Shown: in pieces, positions 19,809 through 28,404 of the stretch
How positions within the stretch are numbered: the first letter of the stretch is position 1
How the letters are laid out: the number at the start of each line of letters is the position of its first letter
Origin: Promethearchaeota archaeon
Lineage (GTDB): Archaea > Asgardarchaeota > Lokiarchaeia > Sigyniarchaeales > Promethearchaeaceae
Assembly (NCBI GenBank): GCA_016933055.1
Contig: JAFGBS010000004.1
Coordinates: 240,001 to 272,000, forward strand
Direction: 5' to 3'
Length of the DNA stretch: 32,000 nt
The notes under the pieces: generated by a model
Database searches by the model: none
Told to the model about the DNA's origin: nothing
What the model saw: only the letters and a program-made list of their open reading frames with translations
Translations under genes and position numbers: made by a program

Positions 19809-19919
19809 ATCAAAAAAAAAAAGAAAAAATATGAAAAAGAGATGTATTATCTGGATGATACATATTTTTCAACTGATATAAGTGATAAATTTAACAGATT
19901 TATATGATAAGTATCTACT

Positions 19920-20786
19920 ATGGTATCTGGATTACACGATCTCAGTGAATCTCAAAACATCCGAATCCGCGAGATCTTAAAAAAAACTGAATTAATAGAC
20001 TTGGAATCTCTTTCTTCTGATATATGTAGAATAGAAAAAAGCAAGAAAAATCTAGTACTCTCAATAATTCCAGACAACCAAAATGCGTTCGTATTAAAAT
20101 TGTTTGATTCGAGCGGGTCATTGGAAAATGAAATGAAAATTTACACGATGAGAAATGAGCATATTTTCTATAGGGGGGAGGGACCTCATATGACAGAATA
20201 TGCTATTCCGAAGTTAATTCTAGGAGATCATGATTATATAATCACTGAATATATCCAAGGTGAAAATGTAATGGATTTGATTACTGAAAATATGGAAGGT
20301 CCATGGAATCCATCATTTTGGGAGTATTTGATATCCATTTTATTTAATTGGGTGATCAATTTTTCCTCTGTCTTCAAAACTGTTCCCTTAGACTGCCATG
20401 TTCGAAACTTTTTGTTGAAAAACATGGTCCTTTATGGCGTAGATTTTGAAGAATTAGGAAATCACGATGAACAAACGATTTTGAAGGTATTTGCTACAAT
20501 GTATTTCTCTATAATAGGATCATATCCAGGTGTAATAGAAGGTTTAGAGCTTCATAAGAATGCGAATATCGGTATTATTTTATTGAGATTAATATTACTT
20601 TCGCCAATCTTTAAGGAACAGTCTCTTCAAAGCGTACTCATGAGTTTCTTCGAGAATGTAGAAAAAGAGGCATCTGAAGTGGTTCAACGCCGAATTAAAT
20701 TACAAAGAGGAAAAAAATATGATCTATCTGAAATAAAAAAGAATGTGCAAACTGTATTATCCACAATAAAATCCGATTTTTCTTAG
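19920..20786 (+). CDS. Protein-kinase-like fold enzyme (RIO/Bud32/APH/Kdo-like)
   Basis: beta3 Lys in 'FVLKLF', alphaC Glu in 'LENEMK', hinge 'ITEYIQG', catalytic loop 'DCHVRN' and 'VDFE'. Confidence 0.75.
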   Translation: MVSGLHDLSESQNIRIREILKKTELIDLESLSSDICRIEKSKKNLVLSIIPDNQNAFVLKLFDSSGSLENEMKIYTMRNEHIFYRGEGPHMTEYAIPKLILGDHDYIITEYIQGENVMDLITENMEGPWNPSFWEYLISILFNWVINFSSVFKTVPLDCHVRNFLLKNMVLYGVDFEELGNHDEQTILKVFATMYFSIIGSYPGVIEGLELHKNANIGIILLRLILLSPIFKEQSLQSVLMSFFENVEKEASEVVQRRIKLQRGKKYDLSEIKKNVQTVLSTIKSDFS

Positions 20787-21487
20787 GACTTCTCTCTATT
20801 GTTAGATTTTTTAATACGTTTTACGCGATTGAAGGCCTCATAAATCATCCTCTGAAATCTTTGTGCATCTTCAGGAATTGGAGTTATTTTTGATTTCCCC
20901 AAGGTTAAAGCTAAATAATATAATTCCGCACTTTCTTCCACGATTTGGGCTAATCTTAATGCTTCATGTAGCGTTTTTCCACAGACTAATGCACCATGAT
21001 TCTTTAAAAGTACAGCTTTATGATCTCCTAAAGCTTCTACTGCATAATCTCCTAATTCCTTGGATCCTACTTGCGAAAATTTGGCGAGGTTAACCTCTCC
21101 ACCCAAGGCATTAATCATCTCTTCCAATAATGCCGGGATAGTGTTTCCTGTGGCACTTAAAACAGATGCATACCTGCTATGAAAATGAATTATAGCTTGA
21201 GCGTCGGATCGAGCTTTATATACAGCAGTATGCAACAGTTTTTCTGAAGAAGGAGTCCAATCACCACCCAATTGTTTTGTTTCGAAATCAATATGTGCTA
21301 TTTGATAGGGGGTTATCAATTCATAATCTATTTGTGAAGGAGTAATGAGGAGTTCTTCTTTATCAGGAATTCGAATACTTACATTTCCTGCTGATCCAAT
21401 ATTGAGCCCCAATTCCATAGTACGGATGGCAGTTTCACATACCTGTTCTTTTAATGACCAAAGGAGATCGCGATCTTTCGTTTTCAT
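20783..21487 (-). CDS. Class II aldolase/adducin family (fuculose-1-phosphate aldolase-like)
   Basis: 'GSAGNVSIR', 'LITPS', 'PSSE..LH..VY', 'HFHS' and 'LLKNHG'. ATG at 21487 preferred. Confidence 0.92.
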   Translation of the reverse strand: MKTKDRDLLWSLKEQVCETAIRTMELGLNIGSAGNVSIRIPDKEELLITPSQIDYELITPYQIAHIDFETKQLGGDWTPSSEKLLHTAVYKARSDAQAIIHFHSRYASVLSATGNTIPALLEEMINALGGEVNLAKFSQVGSKELGDYAVEALGDHKAVLLKNHGALVCGKTLHEALRLAQIVEESAELYYLALTLGKSKITPIPEDAQRFQRMIYEAFNRVKRIKKSNNREKS

Positions 21488-21574
21488 GATTTTCTCAAGG
21501 AAAATAGTAACTAATTGCACATAACATTTCGTGAAATGAAAAATGCGATTTGGATAGCACGAAAGTAAAAAAAG

Positions 21575-21650
21575 TGGGCATGGGGGGATTCGGACCCCCG
21601 GTCTCCCGGTTATCAGCCGAGCGCATTAAACCAGGCTATGCTACACGCCC
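21575..21650 (-). tRNA. tRNA-Ile (anticodon GAT), no intron, CCA not encoded
   Basis: Manual cloverleaf: acceptor GGGCGTG/CATGCCC, D-stem GCAT/ATGC, anticodon stem CTCGG/CCGGG with loop CT-GAT-AA, T-stem GGGGG/CCCCC with loop TCCGAAT. Confidence 0.96.
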
Positions 21651-21695
21651 TATCTTGTATAATTAAATGCTTGATGAATCAACCATCGAGTAAAC

Positions 21696-21738
21696 TATAG
21701 GAATAGTATTATGAATATAGGAATAGTATTATGAATAT
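21696..21738. repeat. Perfect 20-bp tandem duplication
   Basis: TATAGGAATAGTATTATGAA twice, plus TAT, in the tRNA-Ile/DUF371 divergent intergenic region. Confidence 0.9.
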
Positions 21739-21838
21739 TATTAAAGTTTTATTCATACAGATGTTTCGATCATCGTTATGAACTAATTTACGGTTTGGGT
21801 TATTTCCCTAGGTAAAATTCCAGAGAAATGGGAACAGA

Positions 21839-22273
21839 ATGAAAACACAATTGCTTGAAGAATTTAGTGTCCGTGGTCATAAAAATGTATTATCCACTCA
21901 TAAAACTACTTTAGAATTTACGAATGATTCCCACTTAACACCATCGGGCACTTGTATACTTGGTTTAACATCCCCTATAGCTTGTGAAAACTTAAAAGAT
22001 TCTACTAAAAAATTACTACTCTTGGGGGGAAAATTTCTAGTAAGAATTACATTAGGTCCCTATACTGATAGTTTTGTTGGGTACGGTCATCCAAATTTAA
22101 TTTTAACCAATCCACACGATATGGTATTCAGAAAAAGCACGTACATATGTAACCGTACGATTATGATTGGCTGTTCTAAGGCCGCATTTGATATTGATAG
22201 GAACTTGGTGAGATGCCTTCAAAATCCTACAGTCACCGCAATCATACGAATATTTAACATTCAAGAAGAATAA
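21839..22273 (+). CDS. DUF371 family protein
   Basis: 'GHKNVLSTHKTTLEFT.D..LTP.G.CI.G', 'G.GHPNL.L....MV.RKS.Y...RT' and 'KAA.D'. Confidence 0.9.
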   Translation: MKTQLLEEFSVRGHKNVLSTHKTTLEFTNDSHLTPSGTCILGLTSPIACENLKDSTKKLLLLGGKFLVRITLGPYTDSFVGYGHPNLILTNPHDMVFRKSTYICNRTIMIGCSKAAFDIDRNLVRCLQNPTVTAIIRIFNIQEE

Positions 22274-22274
22274 A

Positions 22275-23456
22275 ATGCAAGATTCACAAAAACGGACGCA
22301 AAATTTCATTGTGACACAACCTTACACGGTGGAATCTATTTTAATCCTTTTAAGAAAAGGTTTCCATGGAATCCATCAAGATTACTCCACCAAAATTCTC
22401 AAGGTTCCTAATGATGAGAGAATATATATCCCTATTACAATAAGAGATCCCAATAGTGTTGAACAAGCTATCCAAGATATGAAGAACTCTATAGGTTCTG
22501 ATATCACTATCAAAGAACTCCCTTGGGATAACACTTGGGCTAAAATACCAAGATCTGCCAGTCTCCATGATAATTTATTAGACAGAATCCCCTCTCCCGT
22601 TCTTGAATTTATTCCACAGACATTTGACATCATAGGGAGTCTTGCGATAATCGAGATTGACCGATGGGGAGATTTATCAAAAGTAGTACAAGATCCAGTA
22701 CTAATGGAACAGTATCTGTCGTTGATTGGAAATACAATCATAAGGTACCATAAAAATATTACAACCGTTCTGAATAAAGTGGGTAGTGTAGAAGGAGAAT
22801 TTCGACTCCGTAATTATGAAATCATTGCAGGAGAGCCCACTACCACGACAATTCATAAAGAAAACAATGTGAAATTGTGCGTTGATCCCACCAAGATGTT
22901 TTTTTCTCCTCGACTTAGCTATGAACGGGATCGTGTAGCATCAATAAAATTTCCAAAAGATTCCATGATAATAGATTGTTTTGCAGGATGCGGACCCTAT
23001 AGTATCCAAATTACACATAAACACCGCGTTAATGTCTATAGTATAGAAAAAAACCATATAGCATATCAATATCTTCTAAAAAATATCTCGCTCAACCAAA
23101 ACAAATTAAAAGGCAAGATTCATCCGTATTTAGGAGATTTTCGTGATTTTCGTGAATCCAACTTGGGTAAAGAATGCATTAATCGCACCAATTGTATGAT
23201 TATGAATCTACCTGAGCACAGTTGCGCGTTCATCCCCCATATATCCCCTTTTATAAAGGATACAGGGATCTATCTAGTATTTTACGCGTTTTTTCCCAGT
23301 TCAGACTCATTAAATCAAGTTATTGTAAAAATTCAAGCACTTCTTAATGAATACGATCTGAGAATTGTAAGGATTAAAGAAAAACGGGTAGTGTTCTCAT
23401 TTTCACCCGATCAGAATAATGTATGTGTAGATATGATAATCAAAAAAGCACATTAG
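22275..23456 (+). CDS. trm5: tRNA (guanine-37-N1) methyltransferase, Trm5/Met-10+ family
   Basis: 'FDIIG..AII', 'GEFRLR.Y..IAG', 'TIHKEN...VD...FFSPRL..ER', SAM motif 'DCFAGCGPY' and 'MNLP'. Trm5a/b versus Tyw2-like activity cannot be resolved. Confidence 0.8.
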   Translation: MQDSQKRTQNFIVTQPYTVESILILLRKGFHGIHQDYSTKILKVPNDERIYIPITIRDPNSVEQAIQDMKNSIGSDITIKELPWDNTWAKIPRSASLHDNLLDRIPSPVLEFIPQTFDIIGSLAIIEIDRWGDLSKVVQDPVLMEQYLSLIGNTIIRYHKNITTVLNKVGSVEGEFRLRNYEIIAGEPTTTTIHKENNVKLCVDPTKMFFSPRLSYERDRVASIKFPKDSMIIDCFAGCGPYSIQITHKHRVNVYSIEKNHIAYQYLLKNISLNQNKLKGKIHPYLGDFRDFRESNLGKECINRTNCMIMNLPEHSCAFIPHISPFIKDTGIYLVFYAFFPSSDSLNQVIVKIQALLNEYDLRIVRIKEKRVVFSFSPDQNNVCVDMIIKKAH

Positions 23457-23460
23457 TAAT

Positions 23461-24552
23461 TTATACCCTGGAACCTTTCACGAATGGTGTCATTAATGGT
23501 TCGGCTAATAAACTGACCAATTCTGGGATATCAGTAAATAATGCACGAGCTTTCTCTCCGGACACAATGCCTAAAGCAGCTTTTGCGCCATCAATGTTTA
23601 AAGCAAATATATTTCTTTCAGAAGTATTGGTTATTTGAGCTCCTACATTTCTGAGATCTTGAATGAAGTTTTGGTTTAATTTTTCATCCAACGGAACTGC
23701 AAGGTTTATAATTACTTTTTTTGAGAATCCCTTTACAATATCCATGATTCCATTATCCAGAAGAAATTGGACATTTGGAACCACCAAACGTAATGATCGT
23801 GAGATATTTTTCAAATTATCATGCAGAAATTCTATCAAGGAAGGCATGTCATTGATTACGCCACTATTATCATTCACAATACCCCCCTCTGATCGCATAT
23901 CTTCAATCTGTTTTGCTTTAGAATCGATTTCTTTTTTTAACTGCTCAATCTGCATAGTACTACCGAGTAATCCCTCTCCGCTATCTCTTACTTTTTGACG
24001 AAGTTCTTTGATCTTTTCTTTCTGTAAGTCTATTTGATGTTCAAGTTTTGTTATGGAATTTCGAAAATCCATTTTCTCATTCATGGCATGTTCCATAAAT
24101 TCCAATTTTTCTTTGAGTAACGCATCTTTTTCCTGGGTTATTTTAAAGATCTTCTCGTTAAGTTCTCGATTCTTTTCATCTAATTTTGCAATTTGGGTAT
24201 TTAATTCCGCAATTTTTTCTTTAGAATTTGAATAATGCTGAGTAGTTTCGGAGATGGACTTATAAGAAGAAGTTAGATTGTTTAAATTCTCAGTTAGTGT
24301 TTCTTTCTCCCTCAAGGCATTTTCCAATTGTATATCTAATTCACTTATTCTTGATTTTGCGCCATCTAATTCCATCTTCGTAGATTTATAAGATTTATGT
24401 AAGTCCTCCAGTTCTATCGTTAATTCACTAAGTTTTTCTCCTCTTGCACGAATTTCGGAATCCTTTTTTCGCAATTGGTCATTTAATTTCTCAATTTCTT
24501 CCAGTAACCGGTTTCTCTCCATGATTAATTTTGGATCTGGGGATTTTGGCAT
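23461..24552 (-). CDS. Long coiled-coil protein with C-terminal TrmB/PLD-like alpha-beta domain
   Basis: About 220 aa of heptad repeats, then 'LIEFL.......RSLRLVVP...FALNIDG.KAALG' with no HKD motif. Strong SD GAGGTGAGG. Confidence 0.65.
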   Translation of the reverse strand: MPKSPDPKLIMERNRLLEEIEKLNDQLRKKDSEIRARGEKLSELTIELEDLHKSYKSTKMELDGAKSRISELDIQLENALREKETLTENLNNLTSSYKSISETTQHYSNSKEKIAELNTQIAKLDEKNRELNEKIFKITQEKDALLKEKLEFMEHAMNEKMDFRNSITKLEHQIDLQKEKIKELRQKVRDSGEGLLGSTMQIEQLKKEIDSKAKQIEDMRSEGGIVNDNSGVINDMPSLIEFLHDNLKNISRSLRLVVPNVQFLLDNGIMDIVKGFSKKVIINLAVPLDEKLNQNFIQDLRNVGAQITNTSERNIFALNIDGAKAALGIVSGEKARALFTDIPELVSLLAEPLMTPFVKGSRV

Positions 24553-24711
24553 GTCCTCACCCTCACTCTGGTTTTGTTCCTATAGTGAATTGTTTAACCA
24601 TTGCTAAAAACTAATCTATGTTTGATGTCTCACACCAAATTCCATGAATTTACAAAGAAATTTTAAGTACCAATTATTCTATGACGTATTTTCATAGTAA
24701 GAATAATACTT

Positions 24712-24786
24712 GGATCCGTTGCCCAGCCAGGATAAGGCACCGGACTTCTAATCCGGTGATCGCAGGTTCGAATCCTGCCGGATCCG
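24712..24786 (+). tRNA. tRNA-Arg (anticodon TCT), no intron, CCA not encoded
   Basis: Acceptor GGATCCG/CGGATCC, anticodon stem CCGGA/TCCGG with loop CT-TCT-AA, T-arm GCAGG-TTCGAAT-CCTGC. Confidence 0.97.
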
Positions 24787-24791
24787 CTATG

Positions 24792-24803
24792 TTTTTTTGT
24801 TTT
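24792..24803 (+). terminator. Oligo-T terminator downstream of tRNA-Arg
   Basis: TTTTTTTGTTTT starting 6 nt after the discriminator base; archaeal terminators are oligo(dT). Confidence 0.6.
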
Positions 24804-25248
24804 AAGTTAGGGATGTTTGTTTCCTACAATCTTGATATATTTTCTTCATAATTTTTGCATACTCTCCCCACCAGATTGCACCCCTTTGGGATGTAAGCAT
24901 AGAATCCAGTTTATGAGAATTAAGACACAAAATTTCTTCTTTGTGTTCTTTTATCTTCTTTTTCCAAATGTTCGAAAAGATTTGCCGAGTATTTACCTTG
25001 ATTCGGGATTCTATTTGTTCATAGGTATCTTCTATATCAGCTTGTTTCTGAGCTTCTCTCATCTGTTCATATCTTTCTTTTTCATATGCACGGAGCAAAT
25101 CCTTACAATCAATAGAGATGGTTAAAGGTGAGGATTTCCCGTATCTACACCGTCGCTGGAATTTACACGGTACACAATATTCTTCAAAAGTGATTTCGAA
25201 CTCATTTAATCCACTAATGCGATAGATTAACGACAATTTATTCACCAC
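24802..25248 (-). CDS. Hypothetical protein with Cys cluster (possible Zn site)
   Basis: 'YCVPCKFQRRCRYG....ISIDC'. GTG start. Confidence 0.65.
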   Translation of the reverse strand: MVNKLSLIYRISGLNEFEITFEEYCVPCKFQRRCRYGKSSPLTISIDCKDLLRAYEKERYEQMREAQKQADIEDTYEQIESRIKVNTRQIFSNIWKKKIKEHKEEILCLNSHKLDSMLTSQRGAIWWGEYAKIMKKIYQDCRKQTSLT

Positions 25249-25327
25249 TCATAACATAATAAACATGGATGTTCATATGTACCTTCGGGTTGTTTAAAAA
25301 TTCTATAAGAGATCCAATACGAGAATA

Positions 25328-25852
25328 TTGATTGAAAAATTACTAATTTTTGAAAGTACGGGAATTTGTCTATTTTCTAAGAACTATAAAATCTCTATAA
25401 AAAATGACGATGATGAACTCCTAACGGGCTTTTTGGCAGTATTACTTGGATATATCGATACAAGTTTTGGACAGATATGTTGTATCCATACCTATGAGAA
25501 AATTCTATTAATTCGTAAAACCCAAGGAATATACATAATATTAATTTCAGCATGTTTTCAACAACAATCCATTTTTCAAGATGAAGAAGCACTGGAGATT
25601 CTAAATAGACGAGTAGAAAATATATGTAAAACACAACTCGCTCTTATTGAGAGAAAACTAGGCACATTAATACTGATCTTACAGCAACAGAATGAAAAAG
25701 CTCATAATTATAAATTTTCAATAATAGATCTGGAGGAGGATTTAGATCAGTTGATCTCCCAAGGAATACAGAAAATAAAAATAATACAAAAACTAATTCA
25801 AGAGAAATCCTTCAGAGTTGCTCTGAACCCACCGGATTTACAGACCAATTAG
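25328..25852 (+). CDS. Longin-like domain protein
   Basis: 'LLIFESTGICLFSKNY...DELLTGFLAVL' shows the same pattern as 437..1150. TTG start. Confidence 0.65.
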   Translation: MIEKLLIFESTGICLFSKNYKISIKNDDDELLTGFLAVLLGYIDTSFGQICCIHTYEKILLIRKTQGIYIILISACFQQQSIFQDEEALEILNRRVENICKTQLALIERKLGTLILILQQQNEKAHNYKFSIIDLEEDLDQLISQGIQKIKIIQKLIQEKSFRVALNPPDLQTN

Positions 25853-26298
25853 AATCTTAAAATTCGACTACAATATGCACAACGTAATTTTACTGGTTTC
25901 TCGGAAATCACCATGAATTCGGACATTACAGGCTCTCTCTCTGCATTTGAAATGCAATTCTCGTTTGTGCATGGAAAAAGTCCGATAAATTTGTCAGGAA
26001 TATTTAAGATAAATTTCTTTGATACTTTGAAATTTTTGATATAAGAGATCGAACATTTTGGTGAAATGAGAGAAATTTGATTCAATTGTTCATTATCGAG
26101 GAACACACTTTCTACCTTAATTATGTCCTTTTTTCCCCCAAGCTTTTTCGATTGAACATTTATAGCTACTGTTATGAGTCTTCCATCTTGACCATCTAAA
26201 CCCAAAATATTCAAAACCCTAATTGCTTTTCCCGGTTCAATGTGATCAATGACCGTTCCTTGCTTAATTTTTTCTATCCGTAAAGTTAATTCTGACAT
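25849..26298 (-). CDS. pyrI: Aspartate carbamoyltransferase regulatory subunit
   Basis: 'IKQGTVIDHI..GKA..VL', 'KKDIIKVE', and Zn cysteines in 'CTNENCIS' and 'LRCAYC'. Confidence 0.96.
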   Translation of the reverse strand: MSELTLRIEKIKQGTVIDHIEPGKAIRVLNILGLDGQDGRLITVAINVQSKKLGGKKDIIKVESVFLDNEQLNQISLISPKCSISYIKNFKVSKKFILNIPDKFIGLFPCTNENCISNAEREPVMSEFMVISEKPVKLRCAYCSRILRF

Positions 26299-26360
26299 TA
26301 ATATCAGATCCTATCCAAATAAACACAATTTAGTTTTTATCTTTTATTGTGATTCCCTGA

Positions 26361-27194
26361 TTAATTTTTTTTGATTTGAATAGTTGATTTTTCTCTTTTT
26401 TCATTTAACCTTTTCTTGCGCAGATAATTTGGATAAGATAGATTAATCTGTTCCGTTAATATTCCTTGAATATTTTCTTCATATTCTGTGATATTTAATA
26501 CCGACGGAGATGTATGACCTCGCTTAAATGATATTATTTTTGACTTTCCCTTGTATAAGTTACCAAAAATAGATCCAACAGGATTACATGCTGCAATTGG
26601 AACTCGGTTTTCTAGAACGCGAGCTTGTAAATAGATGTTCCAATTATACATGCCCTCCTCTTTGATCAGAGTAGGACTAAATAATAATTCAGCTCCACTT
26701 TCAACTGCCATTCGTGGAGTTTCAAAAAAAGCGATATCAAAACAAATTAAGACCGAAAAAGAAGTGTTTGAAAACTTATGATTAAATATCTGCAAACAAT
26801 CACCGGGAGTGAAGACTTGAGGTTCATAACTATACAGATGAAGTTTGTCTTGCCTCCCCAATTCCTTCCCGTCATTATCAAAAACATAACTGGTAATATA
26901 GTATCGTGAATCATTCCGCATTTCCCAAATTCCCCCTGATATAATGTAGCAATTATTTTTTCTAGCTAGATCTTGTATTAACTTGTAAGTATGACCTCGT
27001 TCCTCCTCAATGGCATTATAAAAATGTTCTTTAGGAGGAACCATACGCCAACGTTCGGGCAACATTAGGATATCGGGATTTTCTTCAACAGCAGAATTTA
27101 TCAAATGGGTAATATTTCTATCCGTCTCCTCTTGTCCTCGTAAAATTTCACATTGAACAAGTGACAGTTTAATGGACTTTGTCAGGAAAACCAC
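26361..27194 (-). CDS. Carbon-nitrogen hydrolase (nitrilase superfamily)
   Basis: Glu-Lys-Cys triad in 'LPERW', 'QDKLHL' and 'LICFD'; also 'LQARVLEN'. Confidence 0.9.
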   Translation of the reverse strand: MVFLTKSIKLSLVQCEILRGQEETDRNITHLINSAVEENPDILMLPERWRMVPPKEHFYNAIEEERGHTYKLIQDLARKNNCYIISGGIWEMRNDSRYYITSYVFDNDGKELGRQDKLHLYSYEPQVFTPGDCLQIFNHKFSNTSFSVLICFDIAFFETPRMAVESGAELLFSPTLIKEEGMYNWNIYLQARVLENRVPIAACNPVGSIFGNLYKGKSKIISFKRGHTSPSVLNITEYEENIQGILTEQINLSYPNYLRKKRLNEKREKSTIQIKKN

Positions 27195-27488
27195 CTACGC
27201 CGTTCGCTTAATTAGATGCCACCCAAATTTCGTTTTAACGGGTTGAGAAACTTCCCCTACATTCAGTGCTAATACAGCTTTTTCAAATTCGGGAACCATT
27301 TTCCCCCTTATGAAATATCCTAAATCTCCACCTTTATTTTTTGACGGACATTCAGAAAATTCTCTCGCAAGTTTATCAAATTTTTGTCCTGCTTCTAAAT
27401 TTTCCATTATTTTCAAAAGGTGACTATGTTTTTGGACTAAAATATGACTTGCTCGCATCTTACCGCCTGTGGATTTTGATTTTCCCAT
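27195..27488 (-). CDS. ppiC: Parvulin-type peptidyl-prolyl cis-trans isomerase
   Basis: 'RASHILV', 'F..LAREFSECPS...GGDLG.F..GKMVPEFE.A' and 'PVKT.FGWHLI'. ATG at 27488 preferred. Confidence 0.93.
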   Translation of the reverse strand: MGKSKSTGGKMRASHILVQKHSHLLKIMENLEAGQKFDKLAREFSECPSKNKGGDLGYFIRGKMVPEFEKAVLALNVGEVSQPVKTKFGWHLIKRTA

Positions 27489-27557
27489 GATAACACAACT
27501 ATTGTTTTTGTTTACCTCATGTAATACACGAAACACTTTAAAACATACGAAATGTAA

Positions 27558-28295
27558 TTATAATGAGTTTAAAATTGGTATTATTTCATTGAAACTATCA
27601 ACATCATAATCGGGGTTCACAGACTGCAGTTCGCTGAGGTAGGAATCCTTATATGGATCGTATTTTCCTCCACGATGTACTAGAACAGTTTTCATACCAA
27701 TTTGCTGAGAAGGAATAATGTCGTGGTCCACTCTATCTCCAATATACATCGATTCGTTTGCCGGAATGTTTAGGTACTTCAAACAAAATCGATAGAATTC
27801 AGGATTGGGTTTTTTCCATCCCACTTCCTCAGAAATAAAACAATCAGAATAATAAGATAACAAATTTAATCGGATTAATTTCTCATATTGCTTAACTGCT
27901 ATTCCATCACTAATTAGAATTAGCACATAGCCAAGTTCCTTTAACTGATCTAAAATTTTAGGTACTTCAGGAAAGGGTCTAATTTCTTTGACCTTTACTT
28001 CATGATATCCAATTACACCCGCTGCAACATATTTTGGAATACTGAAATTTGTGGATTGTAATCCATATTCATCGGGACTTGCTTTCATGCGGATCAGCAA
28101 TTCATCATAATGTTTTGAGTAGTTGCTACCGAACTCATCCACGATACTGTGAAGTAATTTTATTCCCTTTTCATAATTAAATTGTAATCCCAGTTGTTGA
28201 ATTTTTTTCAACCCCCCTATTCTGGATTCTGTAGCTAGATTGGTGGCATTAAAAAGAGTATCATCTAAATCGAAACCAATTAAACGGATGGTCAT
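27558..28295 (-). CDS. HAD-superfamily hydrolase (archaeal subfamily IA)
   Basis: Motif I 'FDLDDTL', motif II 'ISDG', motif III 'KKP', motif IV 'IGDRVDHDI'. Confidence 0.92.
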   Translation of the reverse strand: MTIRLIGFDLDDTLFNATNLATESRIGGLKKIQQLGLQFNYEKGIKLLHSIVDEFGSNYSKHYDELLIRMKASPDEYGLQSTNFSIPKYVAAGVIGYHEVKVKEIRPFPEVPKILDQLKELGYVLILISDGIAVKQYEKLIRLNLLSYYSDCFISEEVGWKKPNPEFYRFCLKYLNIPANESMYIGDRVDHDIIPSQQIGMKTVLVHRGGKYDPYKDSYLSELQSVNPDYDVDSFNEIIPILNSL

Positions 28296-28404
28296 TTTAG
28301 TCTACCAAATAATTTTCTGATTGTGAGTTTATATACACGGAATTTCTCATATATTTTAGGTAAGCTCTCATATATCAAATCATAGGATTCATCACAGAAG
28401 TATC

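Noticed and set aside
19853-19910. Second box C/D-like RNA (ATGATA...CTGA...GTGATA)
   Set aside because: Degenerate C boxes, no terminal CTGA box D and no closing stem.
24712-25852. Integrated element at tRNA-Arg or tRNA-Ile
   Set aside because: No integrase or transposase, no visible duplicated tRNA 3' end, and housekeeping genes flank both tRNAs.
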